A stretch of DNA of 62,741 bases, the filler included, from Sphacelaria rigidula (lineage: Eukaryota): the NCBI GenBank assembly GCA_964200075.2. It is 8 parts of 8 records of this genome, joined end to end, with 100 filler letters (N's around TTAATTAATTAA, not from the genome) between each part and the next. Parts side by side here need not be neighbours in the genome. Positions count along the whole stretch, not along the records: positions 23,569 to 31,323 come from CAXNAA020013562.1; positions 31,424 to 39,178 come from CAXNAA020013563.1; 6 more parts are not named here. One strand, written 5' to 3'. The position numbers and the translations under genes were made by a program. The notes beneath the pieces are model-generated. The model saw only the letters and a program-made list of their open reading frames with translations. It had not been told where the DNA came from and did not search any database. Shown here in pieces: positions 24,200 to 36,344 of the stretch (position 1 is the stretch's first letter; each line of letters begins with the position of its first letter).

Positions 24200-26200
24200 C
24201 TGTTGTACAGGGGCGAACGTCTGATGAAGCGTACTCCGAGGGTCGTGTTTGAAATCCCAGGGACAACTTTTCATTAACGTCAACCAGTGGTGGTAGTATA
24301 CGTCAGAAGTGTAGGATAGCACAAGCAGTCGACCTCGCCATCGACACATGAAGTCCTGACCGATAACTTTCCATGCTTTTGACCCCTGCAAACTTGAAGA
24401 GTGTTTGGGGCTGCAATCGGTCACTTGAGGTGGCGGTTCGCGTTTCCCTTCGATATCCCCAGTTATCTCACAGCACAATAACGTATCCATTTTTCGTTGC
24501 TCGTCTTCCTTGGTCCCTCTCATGCGTGTCCTGAAACGGCTATACCACCATGATCCAGTGGAGAAAGAGGAAGTATCCAAGGCACTGCAGTCCCTCTCAG
24601 AGATGGAAACCTTCCCCGATCTTGAAGGTCAGCGGCTACGGCACGATTCGCGAATCTTGATGGTGTACCAAAATGGCGACGCATGACGATCCCTGTGAAG
24701 TGTGTCGTGCAACAATTGCTGATTCATGTGTCTGCTGCGTACACCGCGTCATATGCATTTCTATGTCTTCCCAGAACTGCAGGAAAGTTCTAAGTGCAGA
24801 ATACCCCTGGGGCTCGATCAGGGAGTAGCCAAAACTAACTTCCTGGACGCTATCTGCAATCAAGCCCACCTACTAATAGCTGTGTATTAGGTCGCATGTA
24901 CCTGCATTCCGCTGAGTTTCGGAAATACGGTTCAGGAGTATTGTGACACGTGTACCTTTCCCCCGAAATCTCCGAACGTTTCGGGGGACAAAACTTTTTT
25001 TCTGAGAATGTGAGAGCAGATTTCTCAGTCATGCAGGTCAGACAAGAGATTACATTAAGATCGACTACAGATTTCTCCAAAAATCTGGCGTCGGATTTTT
25101 TCCTCATGTTTTCATGGGGGAGGAAGGAATATGAAAAAACAAATGCAAGAAATGCCCCGTTATGAAGACCCCTTGGTCATTGATTTTGGCGGTGTGTTGT
25201 TTTCCCGGTTCCCGCTGACTTGACGCCAATTTTCGGAGTAACGCATCATCCATCTCCGTGCTTCTGTCTTGTGTCATTTTTCTTCGGAATTTGTTTCGCA
25301 GCGACCAATGTGGAGGGCACATGGGAGTTGGTGTTCAGCACACAACTCAAGTCGGGGTACATGCCAGTCAAGGAGTTGATTCAGTTCTACCCTTCGCGTA
25401 GGGAGATCCTCATTGACACCAAGGCCGGCCCTCTTCCTCTTGGAGGGTGAGCGGGTGCTGAACTGAGGGCATACGCCGTTGACTGTAAAGATTGTGTTGG
25501 TGGAGTGTCCCTAGCAATAAGCGTGTATATCATGGGTCATCTCCGGAGCTAGAGCAAGGTAGCCACTTTCCGGAACGTTGGAAAAGTATCATGACACCCT
25601 CCGCGAACCCCCGACAGCATGTTTGGCTCGTGTTTTCTGCATGAAAACTCCCAAGTGTTTCATCATCAATGGTTTTAAGATCGTTTCGTCCTCATGTGCT
25701 ATACTTCACAGGCTCAGATTCCCTTTTCGAAGTGGTAGGCGGCCAGCAACGTGCCGGGGACGTTTGAACGTGCATGAGCTACACTCGTGAATCTCGCACC
25801 CACGATGAAAACCCCTCACGCCCATTCCTGCATCGGCAGTGTGCGGGGAGAGTGTTCGTGGGAGGGTGGCGTGGTGAATGAACTGGCCTTCACCATATCG
25901 GTGGTGCAATTCGGACCGATTAAATTCGGCAGAGAACCGAAGCGGAAGACCTACCAATTTTTCCTGTCTGACGGCGAGGTGCGTAAGCGTTTCTGTTGGT
26001 CCGTCTAGTTGGCACTTCCAATATCCCTGTGGTTTCAACCAGTAGATCCTGGCCTGGCGGTAGTATTGTGTTGTCCTCTGCTTCCTTGCAGTCTCCTTTT
26101 TTGGTTTCCATCTTCCCCTTTCTTCTTGAATCTGTCCATACCATGCATGCTTCGCAAGTTCCATAGCATGTCCCACTCGTGCACGTGCATGACTGTGCGC
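24200..26200 (-). pseudogene. decayed hAT-type transposase
   Basis: frame-shifted pieces in the expected order: NMLSGVRGG, IHAYC*GHSTN (CxxH), YSALRTFLQFWEDI, ILHF*RILPPLVDVNEKLSLGFQ; boundaries approximate. Confidence 0.45.
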
Positions 26201-27669
26201 AATCACGGTGCACCACTTCTGCCAATTTCACCCTTGGCGCCGATTAATCTCGGCTGTCCCCCGACTCGCTCGCATGTTTTTGTTTGCTTTCCTACCGCTG
26301 CCCAGATTATGGCGGCGAAGAGTAGCGCGGGCTCACTGTCCCTTCTGTTGCGGATTTCTTCGTGAAGCCAGATTTGCTGGCTAAACAAGCACTATTGCGC
26401 ATCTCAGCGACGATGACGAGAGTAAAGTGGATGTCATCGTGCCAAGTGCTGGAGCTGTTCCATTGTTGCCACTACTTTTTATTAGCGCGGATTTTGCAAG
26501 GGGTGGTGTGGGCACGCCCGACACGGCAATATCACCATGAAACACGAAGATTTCGTGTCTTTCGTTCATCGAAAATAGTGTACTACGTGGGGCACTATCC
26601 AACGTATTTTGTCGTGGTGAAAAATATTTGCACGAATCGATGAAAAATACGCGATAGTGTACGTGAAATTCGCGGGCACATGGTTCATTCGGAGACCCAA
26701 GGGTCGCTTTCCATCTTACTACACCCGTTTCCCACTATTGACCTTCCTATTAGCACAATAACCACGTACATCAGCACGAAGATTAGAATCCCCCCACAGT
26801 CCGACGTGAAACTTGTACACAAGCGGTTGGCGAACAAGTCTCCGCGTATTTCAGAGCTAAATACTATTTGTCACTGTAGAAAAGGATCGATGAATCGACG
26901 TCCTCCTTAGCAAGCCCGGTTTGTTCCGTCTGCTTCCCGTGTCGGTGATACCGACGGTGGCGTCGTGGCTAGATGTCCTTTTGCCGGTGCTAGTGGCAGC
27001 TCCTGTCGCTGTTGAGGGAGTGATTGCGGGGGTGGTGATGGAGACTCTGTCGGCGTTTGTGGGATGACGCTGTCTAGATAAGGGCAGCAATCGACGAGCA
27101 TGGCTCTTTGTTCCACCTGACCAAAAACAGGGACGAAAGCGCGAGGGAATAACGAATACAGTGGTTGGGATAACCAAGTATTTCGATCAAGATTTTTCTC
27201 GTCAAACGGGCGGCGGTGCAAGCGGGCTGTAACAGGGAAAGGGCGAAATGAATCACCTGCACTGTAGCTGAGCACACATCAACTCACATCAGCAGGAGTA
27301 ACGCCAGGGACTGGGGTTGCAATAGAGGCCACCTCCGCATGACCTCATGAGATCTGACGCGCTGTACGATATTGTTTGCTTTACATGCTTGCGATGCTGA
27401 GACGTGTGGATTCTTGATGGGATGTATCGACGAAACCAGCTCTATTCGTACCTCTATTCGTTTTCGCCCCTCCATATTTCAAGTTGCCTTGAGCCCACGT
27501 CGCGACCCATAAAATGGCGCACGAAGAGATCAGTTCACCTAGTGAGTCATCCACGTACGTTGGTCACTCCTGCAGTTAATGCAGCTGCTTGCAGGGGCTT
27601 TCTTTCGAACAACCGCGATTACCATGATTTTCGGCTAATGCGTGGATTACTTCTGTGACGCCGGAGAAA

Positions 27670-28730
27670 GGATGGAGAGGGTGGACGTACTAACTGTTGC
27701 TTGCGGTAGTCATTTGATCGTTGACAATGCATCCCTCCCGAGACGAAGCACCGTTCCTTCTCCTAATAGAGAGACCTCCAACATCTCGGCGCTCACTACG
27801 TTTATTCCATACAGTACACAAGAGCCCTCCACATATCCCCTTTCTTTTTCGCCGTCTGTGCTCACCATCCATCTCCTAGTACCGTTTAACCACCGTTTTC
27901 CGGGTTCCATCTGATTTTTTGCCACTTTCTTTTACTATTCACATCCCCCCCTTTAACCCTTTTGGAACTCGTGAAAAACAGCACAAACTCCCATATGCAA
28001 GCCTGTCACCGGGAAAACGTCACTTCGAGTTCGGTGCACGAATCGGTCATATTCCATATAGTTGAAGTCATAGTGGTACACCGTTTCGGTGGGCTGCATT
28101 ATCAACACTTGTAGAAAAACAACTTTATCTTGTTCTTCTCGTCAATTGCAAATCATCATTTTTCCATCAACGGTCCCCCACCCGACATCGCAGTTACGCT
28201 TTTTTCGCGAGTCCATGGGGCCATGCAGATCTCTTTCCATCCTTATCCCATCTCTCAACCCTCGGTAAATCCTCAGGTGCTCTTCCTCGTCCACTTTCTG
28301 TCTTAGCACTCATGTTCCCTTTATTCCTTCATGCCCTTTACTCTTGTCTTGTCCCCCCCGCACCCTTTCCTCTTTCACCCTTCCATACTTTTTGGGCCAC
28401 GCTATCTCACCTTATTCCAGCTTGCCCTTTTGTTACTCTTTCCGACACAGCCTGATCAGCTCTGGCTGGCAGTCTCTTTCTTGGCATGTTCCTTACGTCA
28501 TATTGTCACTCCAATTTCCTCAGATTTACTTGTTTTCAAGTTGGTACATTCTTAACTCCGCTCTCAAAACTGCATTACTCCTCGGTTTTGAGCATTCAAG
28601 TACTGTCTCAGCAGCTGCAATGTGTACTGTTTCCAGCTTCTTCACGAGCTTCGCGTTCCCTTCCCATAGTTTTCCTGCATAATCTAGCTCTGGCGCGATC
28701 ACTTTAATCAGAACACATCTTTTCATAGAT
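27670..28730 (-). mobile_element. 5'-truncated, decayed LINE (subfamily A; RT thumb to C-terminus)
   Basis: IAPELDYAGKLWEGNAKLVKKLETVHIAAAETVLECSKPRSNAVLRAELRM (RT domain 8/9-like); HLRIYRGL; C-terminus WNKRSERRDVGGLSIRRRNGASSREGCIVNDQMTTASNS* followed by a decayed C tract. Confidence 0.85.
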
Positions 28731-29447
28731 TGCCCTGTGTCCAGGGCGCTTTCAATTTCAATTTATTTCGGTGTTTGGGACGTTGCCGTCTCGGATTTCG
28801 GCGGTGAACCCGGAGTGGTCTCGGCTGGGCCCTCTACTCTAAAATGAAAGTCTGCCCGTACCTTATTTTGTATTTAGACGTGGTATTTATCTCCTTACGG
28901 TAGGTAGTGGAGGGACTGGTGGACTCGTTTCAGTACCAAAACGCCCAGGTATCATCATGTACATGCTTTGTTTTGTGTTTTGTTCGAATCACGTGTTGCA
29001 TGAAAAATTACCTGTACTGCAGTATGGTTGCGCCCTTGCATTCCTTGCCAAAAACTACGGTCCCCGCGCCTCGTACCACAGTACACTTCATGACAACCAG
29101 AGCATGTCAGTGGCGTTTATTTCATGCATATCCGTTCTTGAACTGGTAAGGTGTACTAGTTCGTACAGCACGGAGCATGCGGCAGTACTAGATCGAAAAA
29201 CTGGTACACCACACCTCCAAGTGCAACAACGATGGACTCGCTGGCATTTCTTCTGCGTGCTTTCAAATGAAGCGTCATGAAGCATGAGGAGCAGTACCGT
29301 GACGGGCTGCCACAGGAAAGTACAACGCTGTAGTGCATAAGCGCGCTGGCACGGTGTCGGCAACACGGAAACGCTAACGCGCGTGCTGCTCGAAAATAAT
29401 GCGCTCCGCCCGTGTGATTTAATTCAGTACGTTTTATTGAATTCCAA

Positions 29448-29834
29448 TGCAGAGGTTACCCTTTGGGTATGGAGCCGATACTGTGTACAAACCGCGGGGT
29501 GACGTCTGCGGCGGTACTATCTGCTCACTGCACAGCGGCAGGGTTCAGGGTGACTGTAGAGTAGTCCACCTCCAGTACACGTACGTGCAGGTTCATGATG
29601 ATCTACAAGTGGAACAATCTGCTGTAGGCGTTTTCTATTGGTTCACGGACTTGCGGGTCTGATCGGCAGACTATGTGGATTCGAACATCACATGCCTCAC
29701 GCATGTGGTTACTTCCGATAACGAAGGCTGTGTGTTCATGAATAACAACTGTCTTGAAGTCTCCAGGCCCTAGTGAGGGATGAAGCCCTTGGAGCAATCT
29801 TGTGACCTTATTCTGAGTCCAGGAGGGCTCTATA
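29448..29834 (+). mobile_element. probable 5' LTR
   Basis: imperfect inverted termini tgcagag / ctctata, about 165 bp upstream of the gag ATG; no PBS recognised. Confidence 0.35.
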
Positions 29835-30641
29835 ATAAACGTTTATTAAGAGGAACCCGCTGGTTTCTGGAAGGTTTTAGCTGTGGGCAGCTGCGGAGAA
29901 ATTTTCTGAAAAGTACACAGGAGTGTGCACTCTGTAACGTGAGGGAGCTCACTGGCAACGGAGAGACGGCTAGGTTGGCTGGAACTGTTGAGTGCAGCTA
30001 TGGCAACGCGCAAGAAAGTGGGTGATGGCGATGCAGGTGAAGAGGTGGAGTTTAAGTTTACTGTGCTTATGCCTGCAGGATCGCTGAAAGCCCCAGAGTA
30101 CGGACGGCATTTTAGCGAAAATGCGTCCCGACGTTTTTATCAGAAATACGTCGAGTATGAAGAGGCGGTCAAAATGAACAACAAAGGACGTAGTATGCAG
30201 GCCGTCTTACTGACTGTTACTGAACTGGTGCCGAAGCACATCCGTGCGTGTTTGTCACGCACGAATTTTGACGGATGCGTGCTTGACGAAGATGATCTCA
30301 AGGAGGCACTAGGCCGCCATGCAAAATGTTGGCAGGATGAAGAGATTGATCCTTCAGTTGCTGCCGCTGGTGTGCGAAAAGAGTTGGCGGCCCGCAACGA
30401 GCAAAGTGCAATGGGAACAGTAGAAGGGCAGTGGGGTGCCCTGGAGGATTTTTTTGCGGAGAATACTAGCGCTGAGCGTGCGTTCCGCGATGATGCAGAT
30501 TTCAAACCAGGACTCGCTCAAATCATAACTCGGGAAATGTTGAATGGACTGACCCCCCCCCCCAATTCAAAACGAAAGTCCTCAACATGTTGAACATGAA
30601 GGGGTGGTGGAAGGAGGACCCTGGGCTTGTGTTTAACACGG

Positions 30642-30870
30642 TGTAATGCGTGCGAGGACCGCGCGCTTAGAGGACCGCATCGGAGTTTGAACATCCCCAT
30701 GGTTAGGGTTAGGGTTAGGGTTAGGGTTAGGGTTAGGGTTAGGGTTAGGGTCATGGTCAGGGGCGTGGTACCTGCAGGGACGGGCCCGATTGGTTTAAAA
30801 AAACATCGACCCTTAGGTGTTTTGAACTACGGCGCGGTCCTCTAAGCACGCGGTCCTCTCACGCATGACA
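30642..30870. mobile_element. 229-bp MITE with TGT..ACA termini, 37-bp TIRs, 4-bp TSD and internal telomeric repeats
   Basis: tgtaatgcgtgcgaggaccgcgcgcttagaggaccgc / gcggtcctctaagcacgcggtcctctcacgcatgaca (3 mismatches); TSD acgg at 30638-30641 and 30871-30874. Confidence 0.92.
30703..30750 (+). repeat. (TTAGGG)8 interstitial telomeric repeat
   Basis: eight perfect units inside the MITE. Confidence 0.97.
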
Positions 30871-31323
30871 ACGGCTCGGGAAGCAGCGGAGGCATGGAAG
30901 ACGGTGGAAGCGGCGGATGAGCAGCGCCGTCAGCAGCCGCAGCTGAAACAAAGGAGTGGCAGCGGGACGTCCGGATCCAAGCGCGAACCGAATGATGGAA
31001 AAACGGCGACCGCTGGCAGTGAGACTGCCAATTCCAGGAAATCTCGGAAAACGGGCCCAAGCTATGCAGGTTGTTTCTCATGTAGAGACAAGGGCCACTT
31101 CGTGAAGGATTGTAAGCAGCAAAGCCAAGCTGCTGCTCCACAACATACTACAGGTGGGCAGTCGAAGGCCGGCGACAAGCAGCAGCAGCAGCAGCAGGTG
31201 TCGCAGAGCCCTGGATAGGTACCTCGCGGAGGGGGCACGAGTCCCGCCCCTACAAGGGCTGTCTTTTCAGCCGATGGACAAAGTGCTCCCAGCGGGGGGG
31301 CGACGTTGCCACCAGAACCGGTC

Positions 31324-31423
31324 NNNNNNNNNNNNNNNNNNNNNNNNNNNNNNNNNNNNNNNNNNNNTTAATTAATTAANNNNNNNNNNNNNNNNNNNNN
31401 NNNNNNNNNNNNNNNNNNNNNNN
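31324..31423. other. artificial contig linker
   Basis: N44-TTAATTAATTAA-N44. Confidence 0.98.
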
Positions 31424-32199
31424 CCCGAACCCCACCTCTCGAGTCGCAACCTGTGTTTTTTCTTGGGGTTTTTGTGACCCCCCCCCCCCCCCCCGGCTCA
31501 TGGCGACTCAGCTTACGCGCCCCGGTGTTCCAACGGTTCAACTGACGTCATTGGGGAGGGAAAAACGCGGGTTTGGTTGCCGCCAGATGTTTTTTTTTTT
31601 CGAAATGTCTAATTCACCTTGGCTTTTGCTTTTCATGCGCGCACATAATTTCGCATATAACCTTATGCGTTGAAGAAAAAAAAACTATGTTTTTGGAGGT
31701 TTCATTATAACGCAGGCATAAAAGCGAAGTTTTACGTATAACTTGGCGGATATAGTAGTGCAACGAGATTATCCACCCCATGACCAGAAGCTAGTATCTG
31801 CCCACGGGCGCTCCATGTGGCGTGGCTCGTGGAGTCGTGGCGTGTGTGTCGTTATTTATTTATTTTTAGGGTTAGGTGTTGTTGCGGGCCTGGTATCGGT
31901 TATTTTGCTGTATGTAAACTACTTCATGTCCATGTAAAACTGATGAAAACAAATAAATGTTATGCATCGTATCAGATGTGGCGTTTTGCTATTCAAGCGC
32001 TTTTTTTTCCATGCCAGAAGGTACGTTCCATGAGGAGTGTCGCCAGTAACCGCCTCAAGAAGGATGCGAAAAAGGCGCATCAGTCGCGCATATTTCACCA
32101 AAATTCGCATAAATCGGCACATGATGTTCACCTTTGAGAGTGAATAAAATGAAATGAAAAGCATGAAAAACAAAATGCGCATATAAAGCAAAAGCCTAG

Positions 32200-32420
32200 A
32201 TTTTCCGGTGCTGAAAGCGTCAGGGCGTGAGCAGGAAATATAGTCTGTTTGATAAGAGCCAATGCAGTGCGGGAGTGCTGATGGTCATGATCCAATCTGC
32301 AAGACCAAAATGTACGGAGGCATGTACCGCGCGAGAGATGGGTTGATCCGTGCAGACCACGATTTGGCCCCGAGGAAGAGGAGGGGCTGAATGAAAAGTG
32401 TGACGAAAGAAAAGGTCGCG
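32200..32420 (+). mobile_element. SINE family 1 body fragment
   Basis: gagtgctgatggtcatgatccaatctgcaagaccaaaatg is the reverse complement homologue of 36470-36512. Confidence 0.65.
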
Positions 32421-32609
32421 GTACGGCCGTATGTTGTTTGGGATGGCTAGGAGCTATGAGATGGAAGAGCATCTCTGAGTGATGAAACAGAGTGAGCTGC
32501 ACGTGTTGTACCAAAACAAAAATGCTGACATACAAGCGATACCGTAAAAGCTGGACGAACGTGGTGACGCCGACATTTTTCAGGGTTATGGAGCGTATAT
32601 TATATATTC

Positions 32610-32747
32610 CACACCCTGGACAACAGATTACTTGGGCAAAACGTTTACTGCGTACAGTATTGGCTATTGCCTCTATTGCACTGGACAAAAGATTCCATAC
32701 TGCATCCAGTACATTTTTTGACAACGTAATCTTTTGTACAGGGTGTG
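32610..32747. mobile_element. MITE, TIR CACACCCTGGACAA, 8-bp TSD
   Basis: TSD atatattc at 32602-32609 and 32748-32755. Confidence 0.9.
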
Positions 32748-33203
32748 ATATATTCCAACTCCGGTGAGCTGTGCATGACTTGCTTAGTCAAGTCATGAGT
32801 ACAGTACACCTACTCGTAGCTGGCTCCGATTTGACGTCGTAGGTGAGGTGTGGCCATATTACATGGTGAGTTCATCACAATCTTACATTTTTCACGTGGT
32901 AGTCTACTGAATCGTCCTGTTTTGATTTTGCATGTTCCTTCTTTTTCTTCAGCGAGTGTTTCAGTCTTGTTTTTCTTACGTACGTCCATCATGTGACCAC
33001 GACTGGATCATGACCCCTGGGGGGTCAGGTGAAGTACCACAATCAATCCACCAATTAATCGATCAAACACAAAAATGAAAATGTTGGCCAGCCCGGCCTT
33101 TCACTACTCGTGCAACACCAGAGCACCTGTGGAGGTTGATAAATATTGCAACATCCTCTTCATGTCATGGCCCACCTTGTTGTTTCTTACATGCGCTGTG
33201 CAG

Positions 33204-33356
33204 GTGACGAAGAGCTCGTACACCCAAGACGAAGACTTTTCCGCCGCAGACAGGGTGACACCCGAGCTGGCAGAGGACGGGTCCGCTAGCGAATCAGTTA
33301 CGCTGGCAACACTCGCTGCTATCGTCGAAGAGCGCGCCAGTGTGGCTGCCTCGTGA
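33204..33356 (+). CDS. probable terminal exon of an unidentified gene, convergent with SF3A1
   Basis: acceptor tgtttcttacatgcgctgtgcag|GTG; GC-rich frame VTKSSYTQDEDFSAADRVTPELAEDGSASESVTLATLAAIVEERASVAAS*. Confidence 0.5.
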   Translation: MTKSSYTQDEDFSAADRVTPELAEDGSASESVTLATLAAIVEERASVAAS

Positions 33357-34919
33357 TTCACGCGGCATCCTCTGGGCAACGTTGAAAAAACAAATCGCAC
33401 CCATCCCGCGTGTGGGTGGTGCCTCTAGACTCCCATGTGTTCTATTTGTCGGGTCGTTTCGTTTGCAGTGTGGAAATATCGATCTATTAATTTGTTGTTT
33501 TTATCTTGTTCAGCTTCCCCGCGTCCTTGTTTCTTCACGTTGTCGCGTGAATGCTTCACCAAGGCGGGCTCGCAGGGTCCTGTTGGTGGGGCGTCGTCGC
33601 CTATTAGTTATATGCTGGGTGCTGGGGACCCATTTTGAAGACTGAAAGCATTTCACTTGTTGCGTTGGGGACAATGCCCTCTGGGGGGGGGGGGCTTCCA
33701 CCAGCGTCTTCATTGCTCCGCTCCGGTGCCTCGCGGCAGAAGCGGCGATCTGTGACTACGGCAGGCTTTCGGAAACGCACGTATTATGAATCGTTGCTTG
33801 AAACGAGTGCTCGACAAAACCATTTTTTTTTTCGACGAGAAATGAAATTATGCGTTCTCTTGAGCGGTCGAAGCGGATGAGAGAGCCGCGTTTTCCAGCC
33901 CAGCATCCACAAAAAAACTCACGCTTGAGAGCAATTGCGCCGCCGAGACATGTCCACTTGCCCAGCTTTCCCAATTTTTTCCGCGGCGATCTTCTCGGAT
34001 GTCGAAACACGTGAGCATACATTTTTTATGTCCATCAAGGTCTCACGGCTGAGAGCCAAGGTTACGAGTCGATACTGAGCATATCGAGTCATCGCGTAAC
34101 ACGATCTACACGTACTTTACCGAGCACTCATGGCGGGAGGAGATGTGCAACACCAACCAAAAAAACACTCGGCGGGAGTTGAAACAAAACAACAGCTTGG
34201 AGACGGACGATGTCGCTGTTTTTTTTTCTCCATACTGAGTATTGAGTATGCTCCTTGGTCCTAGAGTGAAGGAGTATGCAAATGATCATCATCCAAAATC
34301 GTCCGGGTGAACTCAACACACCGTGCAGAATGATAGCTTACATGTAACGCCAGCGGGCAACAGCGTACAAGATCGCTCCCGAAGTCATGATGACGTAGCC
34401 CCCCCCCCCCCCCAACAAGTGAAGAATAAGGGGGAAATATTAGCCCACCGACTTTAGCTGTGCACTGCCAACTCTACGCATCTCCTCCCCCACCCCTTTC
34501 AAGTAGACTGTGTTTTTTGTCGGTCACCCTCCTCGTACAACCCCCCATCCCCCGGAAAAATCACATCAGTACTCTGCCCATTTGACGAGTACCCACAATC
34601 TCTGCTGCAAAAATATACCATTGCATCTCCCCTCACCCACCCACACCACCGCAATATCTCGTATGCATCTGCGGAAACCAATCTTCATATTATTGTCCTT
34701 CTCCCCCGGCCAGGCAACCCGTCCCCCTCCCGACGGGCGCTGGCAAAAAATGAAAATAAAAAACCTTTGCAGAAAACCGAAAGTTTACATGGATAAGAAT
34801 CCCAAAACACGCACGCACTCACACACACACACCCGCACACGATCAACTCAACTCCTCTCGAGCAGCCAGCCGCTGGCTCATCCACATGCCCGTCTGCCCC
34901 ACTTGTATACCTACCTAAT

Positions 34920-35261
34920 TTACCGCGGTGGTGGCGGGGGCATGCCTTGTGGCGGGGGGGGAGGAGGCACGTCGTCCTCGTCATCCTCCGGCGGCGGGGG
35001 CGGCGGAGGCGCCCCTGGTGGGAGGGGTGGATTTCCAGGTGGCAAAGGCGGCATGCCCCCCACAACCCCCGGCCCGCTGGGACCAATCGCGGATACGGGG
35101 GCCTGGGGTACCGGAGGTCGCGGGGTGGTGAGTTGTTTTTGCAGGGCCGCCTGGCGCGCCGCATTGGCTGTGGCTATGTTTCCGTCCCACATCACTCGGG
35201 TCACCTCTTCCTTCCGCTTTTTGCGTCGCTCTGAATCTTCGCGGAGCTGTTGCTCTTCATC
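34920..35261 (-). CDS. SF3A1: splicing factor 3A subunit 1 (Prp21), last visible exon
   Basis: cccctcag|GAT; DEEQQLREDSERRKKRKEEVTRVMWDGNIATA (conserved V.WDG motif), then a Pro-rich tail; ends at TAA 34922-34920, or splices at CG|gtaaat (34924). Confidence 0.85.
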   Translation of the reverse strand, partial: DEEQQLREDSERRKKRKEEVTRVMWDGNIATANAARQAALQKQLTTPRPPVPQAPVSAIGPSGPGVVGGMPPLPPGNPPLPPGAPPPPPPPEDDEDDVPPPPPPQGMPPPPPR

Positions 35262-35934
35262 CTGAGGGGTTGTTGTGAAGTGTGTGAGGGGGGGGCAGGG
35301 GGTACGGCGTTAGACGCAGTTAGGAAGTGACTCGTCGGCGAAAGAGTTAGGAGTTACCTAGATGATGGACATCTAAAACGTAACCGGTCCGTGACTGAAT
35401 TGGAAAAACAAACAAACGCGGAAGCATGTTGGTTAGGTATGTTTGAAGGCAGCACGTGTGTGTACGGTGACAGAAAAATAATGAAGGTGTTTGCATCTTC
35501 GGCAGTGTTTCAACTCTCTTGCTTTTTGGACCGGGCTCATCACAATGGCTATGTTTGTGGCGCTTTCCCCCCACACCCGTGTGTTAGCGGCAGGTGTCCA
35601 TTTTCGCTGTTCACAAGTCAAAATGGTGCCGATTCACAAAAAGGCACCTGCAGCAGCATCATTTCGACCTAAGACCAACACAAATAGAAACAGACACCTG
35701 CCGCTAACACACGACTGTGGGGTAGAGGGTCCCAAAAGGGTTGAGGCAAGACTCGACAACATCACCTGTATGAACAATTTTATCCAAAACGCTATCCAGA
35801 CAAAACAAATGTATCTCTTCTTATATGTCGGTAGAAATACCTTTTCTTCACAGCGCTACTACTTGTTCTGCACAAAAATGTGCCGATCACAGTTCGCAGA
35901 CGTTTTTCGCATACTTTAATAGTTTAGTACACAC

Positions 35935-36216
35935 CTCCGCAGAGCCGAATATATCCCCACGCTTCCGCGCCAAAGACTTGAGCGACGCGGCGATCGAATC
36001 CCCCTCGGCCAGGGCCGTATCCTTCTGTTTCTCCGCAGCACGCGCCTGCTGCTCCCGCCACTTTGGATCCATGAGCTGAATACGCATGTGGTCCGACAAA
36101 TCTGAGGCAGCAACCGTCTGTCCCGTGATAGGGTCTATCACCATATTCGGGAGCGCTGCGCTGGCACCCATGGCGATGCCCGGCTTGTAGTTCATATCCA
36201 CGTTGATGTCATCATC
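35935..36216 (-). CDS. SF3A1: splicing factor 3A subunit 1 (Prp21), internal exon
   Basis: cacag|GAT...GAG|gtgtgt; 282 nt, phase 0-0; DPITGQTVAASDLSDHMRIQLMDPKWREQ...SLKSLARKRGDIFG matches the SF3A1 motif PITG...HMRI.L.DP.W.EQ...LA..R.DIFG. Confidence 0.93.
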
Positions 36217-36344
36217 CTGTGCCAAGCGAGACAGATGATATCGGACGCAACGGGGGGAAGGGGGGCTCAGACAGTCCAATGGATACTCCAACAGGGTGCA
36301 ATTTTCAAGGTATTCTCACGTGCGAGACATGGTGATGTGAGAGT

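Larger units (their letters stand above)
30000..31323 (+). mobile_element. LTR-retrotransposon gag (probably Ty3/gypsy-like) with CCHC zinc knuckle, disrupted
   Basis: ORF from ATG 30000; frameshift at the C run 30553-30563; MITE insertion 30642-30870; CFSCRDKGHFVKDC (Cx2Cx4Hx4C) at 31072-31113. Confidence 0.8.

Noticed and set aside
30703-30750. chromosome end
   Set aside because: The repeats are internal and enclosed by TIRs and a TSD.
34510-35265. 251-aa Gly-rich plus-strand ORF
   Set aside because: It is the antisense shadow of the Pro-rich SF3A1 exon.
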